Shown: piece by piece, positions 59,896 through 64,000 of the stretch | Numbering within the stretch: position 1 is the stretch's first letter | Layout of the letters: every line of letters starts with the position of its first letter | Source of the DNA: Planctomycetota bacterium | GTDB taxonomy: Bacteria > Planctomycetota > B15-G4 | Direction of reading: 5' to 3' | Length of the DNA: 64,000 nt | Assembly: GCA_029259715.1 (NCBI GenBank) | Contig: JAJDEP010000003.1 | Coordinates: 701,174-765,173 of the forward strand | Position numbers and translations under genes: made by a program | The notes under the pieces: generated by a model | Databases searched by the model: none | Told to the model about the DNA's origin: nothing | The model's input: the letters and a program-made list of their open reading frames with translations, nothing else

Positions 59896-61155
59896 TCAGT
59901 ACTTCAGGAACTTCGCCAGGTCGTCGAGGCGCATCACCCGGGTGCCGAGCTTGTCGGCCAGGATGAAGTCGTCCGTCGTCGACAGGGCCTGGGCGAACTC
60001 ACCGGCGGCCGGGCTCTCGTAGCCGAGCACGAGCACGTCGGTGTCGGTGGTGAGCGTCTCGTCGACGGTGCCACCGAGGGTCGCCAGGCGCTGAGCCACG
60101 AACTCGCGGCTCATGGTCAGGGGGAAGTCCCCCAGCAGGAAGAAGTGCTGGCCGCCGCTGCGATCGAAGTGCGGGTTGCGGATCTGGTCGCCGGGCAGGA
60201 TCGGGTCGTAGGGATCGGCCATGGTCACGAGCCCGGCCATGGCCATGTCCTCGTTGACCTCCTGCACCTCGAGGGTGCCCATGGACCGCTCGCCGCCGCC
60301 CGCGCCCAGGCGCAACACCTCGAAGCGGGTGCCGGGCTGCAGGCCGTCGCGGGTCCCGAGGTCGATGAACGCCATGGCGCCCGAGTCGCTCACCGAGAGC
60401 ACCTCGCCGTCGGGGCCCTGGGGCACGACTTCGGCCTTCTTCTGGTTGAGCGAGCGGATGGTCGCCTCGGCCGTGGCGAGGGAGCGCTTCGACGCGGCCT
60501 CGGCATCGGCGAGGTCTCGCTGCACCTGCCGCAGCAGGGCGTCCTTGTTCTGCTCGGAGGCGAGCAGGTCGTCGATGCGCTGCTGATCCGACTGGGCCTG
60601 GTTGTCGGCGCGGGCCTGTTCGTCGGAGATTTGCTGGTTCAGTGCCGCGACCTGCTGGCTGTGGCTCGACACCGTCGACGCATGGCTCGACGACTGCGAC
60701 TGCCGCGATTGGCGTTCGGTGTTGAGGTCGGCCGTGAGCTGGACGATCTCGGCGTCCCGCGAGGTGAGCTGGGACTGCAGCGCCGTGATCACGCGCTCGA
60801 GCGTCACGCCCTCAGAGCTGAGCGCCGACCCGAGCTGGGTCTTCGCAGCGTCGATGAGCAGCTGCATGGCCTCGGGCTCGGTCTTGCTGCTGATGTTGCC
60901 TTCGTTGCGGAAGCCCACCGTGTTGCTCACCGCCTGGAAGTCCTCGAGCACCGCGGTGTAGTCCGCGTCGAGCTTCTTGTTCTTGGCCACCTCTTCCTGG
61001 GCTTGGTCGGAGAAGCGCTTGATGTCCTCGTTGGCGACGAACCAGAGTCCGATGGCGCCGGCCAGCAGGATCAGCACGACGATGAAGATGAGAGCGTTCA
61101 CGGCGCCCGCCTGGGCGCGATCGGCGGGACGACGGGCGGGCTGCAGCACGGGCAT
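59896..61155 (-). CDS. membrane-anchored coiled-coil protein with C-terminal BRCT-like domain
   Basis: Start at MPVLQPARRPADRAQAGAVNALIFIVVLILLAGAIGLWFV (TM), preceded by GGAGAG. Long Gln/Ala-rich coiled coil. C-terminal FFLLGDFP...TDTDVLVLGYESPAAGEFAQAL...LDDLAKFL resembles a BRCT fold. The upstream part of ORF 59896..61992 is antisense to coaE. Confidence 0.6.
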   Translation of the reverse strand: MPVLQPARRPADRAQAGAVNALIFIVVLILLAGAIGLWFVANEDIKRFSDQAQEEVAKNKKLDADYTAVLEDFQAVSNTVGFRNEGNISSKTEPEAMQLLIDAAKTQLGSALSSEGVTLERVITALQSQLTSRDAEIVQLTADLNTERQSRQSQSSSHASTVSSHSQQVAALNQQISDEQARADNQAQSDQQRIDDLLASEQNKDALLRQVQRDLADAEAASKRSLATAEATIRSLNQKKAEVVPQGPDGEVLSVSDSGAMAFIDLGTRDGLQPGTRFEVLRLGAGGGERSMGTLEVQEVNEDMAMAGLVTMADPYDPILPGDQIRNPHFDRSGGQHFFLLGDFPLTMSREFVAQRLATLGGTVDETLTTDTDVLVLGYESPAAGEFAQALSTTDDFILADKLGTRVMRLDDLAKFLKY

Positions 61156-61479
61156 CTCTCCTCGTGTTCGGGGCCGCCCGGATCCCCCAGACAGGGGACA
61201 CAGCCCATTCCCTGGGCCCATGGGCGCAAGCGCGGGATTATAGGGAGGGTGCCGAGGACGGGCAACGCGACCGGCCCGGCCCCGCGCGGGGCCCTCCCGA
61301 AGCCCGGCCCGGCCCTCCCCGGGGTCGAGGCTATCGAGGGGATCGCCGGGATTTCGGTCTGGATTCACCGGGTCCACACGGCGATGAGGAGAATAGGCCC
61401 GCAGGGACCGGGAGTGGGCCACGGAGACGAGGGTCCCGGAGACAGGGTCCCCGAGACAAGGGGGGCAGGGGGCGAGGAC

Positions 61480-62112
61480 ATGGAGCAGCATCTGGTGATC
61501 GGACTGACGGGCGGCGTGGCCAGCGGGAAGTCCACGGTGGCGAAGATCCTGGGCCGGCGGGGCCTGTTGGTGCTGGATGCCGACGACGAAGCCCGGGACG
61601 TGGTCCGGCGACCCGAGGTGCTGGCGTCCCTGGTGCGGCGCTTCGGCGAGCAGATCCTCGACGACGACGGCGCTCTCGACCGGCCGGCCCTGGCGGCCGT
61701 CGCCTTCGCGAGTCCCGAGGCGACGGCGGACCTGAACGCCATCGTCCACCCCGAGGTGCGCCGGCGCCTGCTCAAGACCATCGACGCCAGCGGCGACCGG
61801 CCGGTGGTGCTCGACGTCCCCCTGCTCGTCGAATCGCCCGTTTCCGACCGGGTGACCACCTGGGTCTTCGTCGAGACGAAGGAAGCCTCTCGCGAGATCC
61901 GAGCCCGTGAGCGGGGCTGGGACGCCGGCGAGCGGGAACGCCGCGAGGCCCTGCAGGCCACCCTCGCCGAGAAGCGGGCCCGCGCTGACCACAGACTGGA
62001 AAACGACGGTACGATGAAGGATCTTGAGCGGCAGGTCGACGCCCTGCTCGAGCGGATCGGCGTCACCGCTTCAACACCCCAGCGGCCCTCTTCGAAGCGG
62101 GCCTCATCCTGA
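61480..62112 (+). CDS. coaE: dephospho-CoA kinase
   Basis: MEQHLVIGLTGGVASGKSTVAKIL P-loop. NAIVHPEV and the conserved family layout (~210 aa). Confidence 0.9.
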   Translation: MEQHLVIGLTGGVASGKSTVAKILGRRGLLVLDADDEARDVVRRPEVLASLVRRFGEQILDDDGALDRPALAAVAFASPEATADLNAIVHPEVRRRLLKTIDASGDRPVVLDVPLLVESPVSDRVTTWVFVETKEASREIRARERGWDAGERERREALQATLAEKRARADHRLENDGTMKDLERQVDALLERIGVTASTPQRPSSKRASS

Positions 62113-62233
62113 CGGCCTCTCCCTCTTCGGAGGCCGCTCACCATCAGGAACCGGGCTCCCCTTTCGGCGGCTTCGCAACACCGCGACCGCCCGGGACTCA
62201 GGCCCGGCCCTCCTTCCCCGTCCCGAGATCGAC

Positions 62234-63718
62234 ATGGCCGCGTCCCGCCGCAAGTCCGCCCCCCGCCGCACGCGCGGGAAGGCTCCGGCTCCCGACGCAG
62301 CCGCCGAGAGCCTGTTCGAGACCGGCGGCGTGAGCGACGGCCAGACTGACGACGAGGACGGCGAGAGCGACGACGAGGTCGAAGTGTCCGAGTACAACCC
62401 CATCCACGTGAAGAAGGCCCCGCCCCTGCCCGGCACCACCGAGTCGGGCGAACCGGCCGTGCTCGAGGAGATGGGCAACCTGCCCGTCGACGAGCTCGTC
62501 GGGCGCCTCAAGGCCTACGGCCTCGATGTCCACGAGGGCATGCCGCGCAGCAAGCTGCTGGTGGCCTTCCTGCGCACGGCGCACAAGCACGAGCTGCTCG
62601 TGTTCGGCGTGGGCCAGCTCGAGATCATGCCCGACGGCTACGGCTTCATGCGCTCGGCCCGCAACTCGTTCCTCTCGTCGCCCGACGACCTGTACGTCTC
62701 GCGGGAGCTGGTCAAGCAGCACGGGCTGCGGGCGGGCCAGGTCATCGAGGGGGTCGTGCGCACGGGCCGCCGGCGCGAGAAGTACTTCGCCATCGAGTCG
62801 GTCTCGTCGGTCAACGGCGCCACCCTCGAACAGGCCGCCGAGTGGAAGCAGTTCGACGACCTGATCCCGATCTTCCCCGACCGGCGCGTGCTGCTCGAGA
62901 CCGACGACTCGCGCGAGATGTCCGCCCGCGTGGTCGACCTGGTGGCCCCCATCGGCTTCGGCCAGCGCGGGCTCATCGTCGCCCCGCCGCGCGCCGGCAA
63001 GACGATGATGCTCAAGGCCCTGGCCCACTCCATCGCCAAGAACTACCCCGCCGCCAAGCTGCTCATGTTCCTCGTGGACGAGCGTCCCGAGGAGGTCACC
63101 ACCATGCAGCGGGAGGTGGCCGGCGAGGTGCTCTTCTCGACCTTCGACGAGCCGCCCTCGCGCCACGTCCAGGTCGCGCGGCGCGTCAACGAGCACGCGC
63201 GCAGTCTGGTCGAATCGGGCCACGACGTGATCCTGCTGCTCGACTCGCTCACCCGCCTCGGCCGCGCCTTCAACGCCAACGCCCGCGGCACGGGGCGCAT
63301 CCTATCGGGCGGCCTCGAGGCCAACGCCCTGCAGGAGCCCAAGCGCCTGTTCGGCTCGGCGCGCAACACCGAAGACGGCGGCTCGTTGACCGTGCTGGCA
63401 ACCGTGTTGATCGAGACCGGGTCGCGCATGGACGAAGTCATCTTCGAGGAATTCAAGGGCACCGGCAACATGGAGCTGGTACTGAGCCGCGCCGTGCAGG
63501 AGCAGCGCATCTACCCGGCCGTCGACATCAACAAGTCCGGCACGCGCATGGAGGACCTGATCTTCGACCCGGCCGAGGCCAAGCTGGTGTCCGCCATGCG
63601 GCAGGCGCTGGCCGACCTCCCGCCCGTCGAGGCCATCGAGTTGCTGCTCACGAAGCTGCGCAAGACCGCCACCAACGCCGAGTTCCTGCTGAGCATCGCC
63701 AACACCAAGGTGCTGTAG
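62234..63718 (+). CDS. rho: transcription termination factor Rho with ~75-aa charged N-terminal extension
   Basis: RNA-binding domain (LEIMPDGYGFMRSARNSFLSSPDDLYVS), Walker A GLIVAPPRAGKT, Q and R loops. ATG at residue 71 of ORF 62024..63718. Confidence 0.95.
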   Translation: MAASRRKSAPRRTRGKAPAPDAAAESLFETGGVSDGQTDDEDGESDDEVEVSEYNPIHVKKAPPLPGTTESGEPAVLEEMGNLPVDELVGRLKAYGLDVHEGMPRSKLLVAFLRTAHKHELLVFGVGQLEIMPDGYGFMRSARNSFLSSPDDLYVSRELVKQHGLRAGQVIEGVVRTGRRREKYFAIESVSSVNGATLEQAAEWKQFDDLIPIFPDRRVLLETDDSREMSARVVDLVAPIGFGQRGLIVAPPRAGKTMMLKALAHSIAKNYPAAKLLMFLVDERPEEVTTMQREVAGEVLFSTFDEPPSRHVQVARRVNEHARSLVESGHDVILLLDSLTRLGRAFNANARGTGRILSGGLEANALQEPKRLFGSARNTEDGGSLTVLATVLIETGSRMDEVIFEEFKGTGNMELVLSRAVQEQRIYPAVDINKSGTRMEDLIFDPAEAKLVSAMRQALADLPPVEAIELLLTKLRKTATNAEFLLSIANTKVL

Positions 63719-63737
63719 GGCCCGACACGGGCGGGGA

Positions 63738-63983
63738 CTATTCGCCGATGAGTCGGATGCGCTCGGCGCGCACCCAGCCGCGACCACCCTCGGTGGTCTC
63801 GATCAGACGCCAGTCGCCCCGGTCCTCCTCGTGGACCACCACGGCGCCGCCGCCCACCCGCAACAGGATCTTGCCGTCGTCCTGGGGCTCGGAGCGCACG
63901 GGCACGACCTTTTCGATGATCACGGCCTCGCGCCCGGCCTGCGCCCGCGCGTGCCGCGACCAGGCGATGCCGGCCGGCGGCAA
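63738..63983 (-). CDS. possible C-terminal fragment of an SH3b-domain protein, likely continuing past the window edge
   Basis: C-terminus DGKILLRVGGGAVVVHEEDRGDWRLIETTEGGRGWVRAERIRLI resembles a bacterial SH3 domain. Start within the window is uncertain. Confidence 0.3.
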   Translation of the reverse strand: MPPAGIAWSRHARAQAGREAVIIEKVVPVRSEPQDDGKILLRVGGGAVVVHEEDRGDWRLIETTEGGRGWVRAERIRLIGE

Positions 63984-64000
63984 CGCCAGCAGCAGGGCCG

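Noticed and set aside
62024-62233. Longer rho start at 62024 overlapping the coaE 3' end
   Set aside because: The upstream 70 codons are Ser/Pro/Gly-rich and overlap coaE in another frame. ATG 62234 gives a plausible charged N-terminal extension.

Overview
This 64-kb window is about 70% GC and densely coding. It looks bacterial and free-living. The gene content suggests a Planctomycetota-, Gemmatimonadota- or Myxococcota-like organism: FG-GAP and LVIVD secreted repeat proteins, DUF11 surface proteins, five sulfatase-family genes, and an Rho with an N-terminal extension. About 50 CDSs and one tRNA-Gln(UUG) are supported. No rRNA, CRISPR array, transposase or integrase was seen.

Many long ORFs in the six-frame track are Arg/Ala/Gly-rich antisense or alternative-frame artefacts of the high GC. 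Genes were called from recognisable family motifs, GC-rich third codon positions, 4-bp ATGA or GTGA start/stop overlaps and signal peptides. Internal start coordinates were estimated from residue positions and may be off by one or two nucleotides.

Core genes in the window are rho, coaE, ychF, tatC, comB, cinA, ygiQ, mscL, an OmpR-type regulator followed by mscS, and an MFS transporter. There is a tightly coupled six-gene MoxR cluster (DUF4129, DUF4350, MoxR, DUF58, SpoIIM-like DUF95, RDD). Sulfated-substrate genes are prominent: three Cys-type arylsulfatases, two Cys-less sulfatase-fold proteins and an Stf0-family sulfotransferase. A CDGSH iron-sulfur gene and a HugZ-like heme gene sit divergently. 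There is also a metzincin protease with an IPT/TIG domain, a purple-acid-phosphatase-like esterase and a di-heme cytochrome c peroxidase.

The most unusual items are:
- A single 1242-aa ORF that fuses an ECF sigma factor, through one transmembrane helix, to about ten extracytoplasmic carboxypeptidase-regulatory-like repeats.
- A four-gene operon: coiled-coil protein, large membrane protein, complete Ras-like small GTPase, cytoplasmic histidine kinase.
- An MscL with a Cys4 zinc-ribbon-like C-terminal tail.
- Unusual non-coding repeats: a 17-bp unit repeated four times, a composite 8-9-bp microsatellite, and a 17/20-bp direct repeat in the CDGSH/HugZ promoter.
- A lower-GC 575-bp leader in front of a DUF11 lipoprotein gene.
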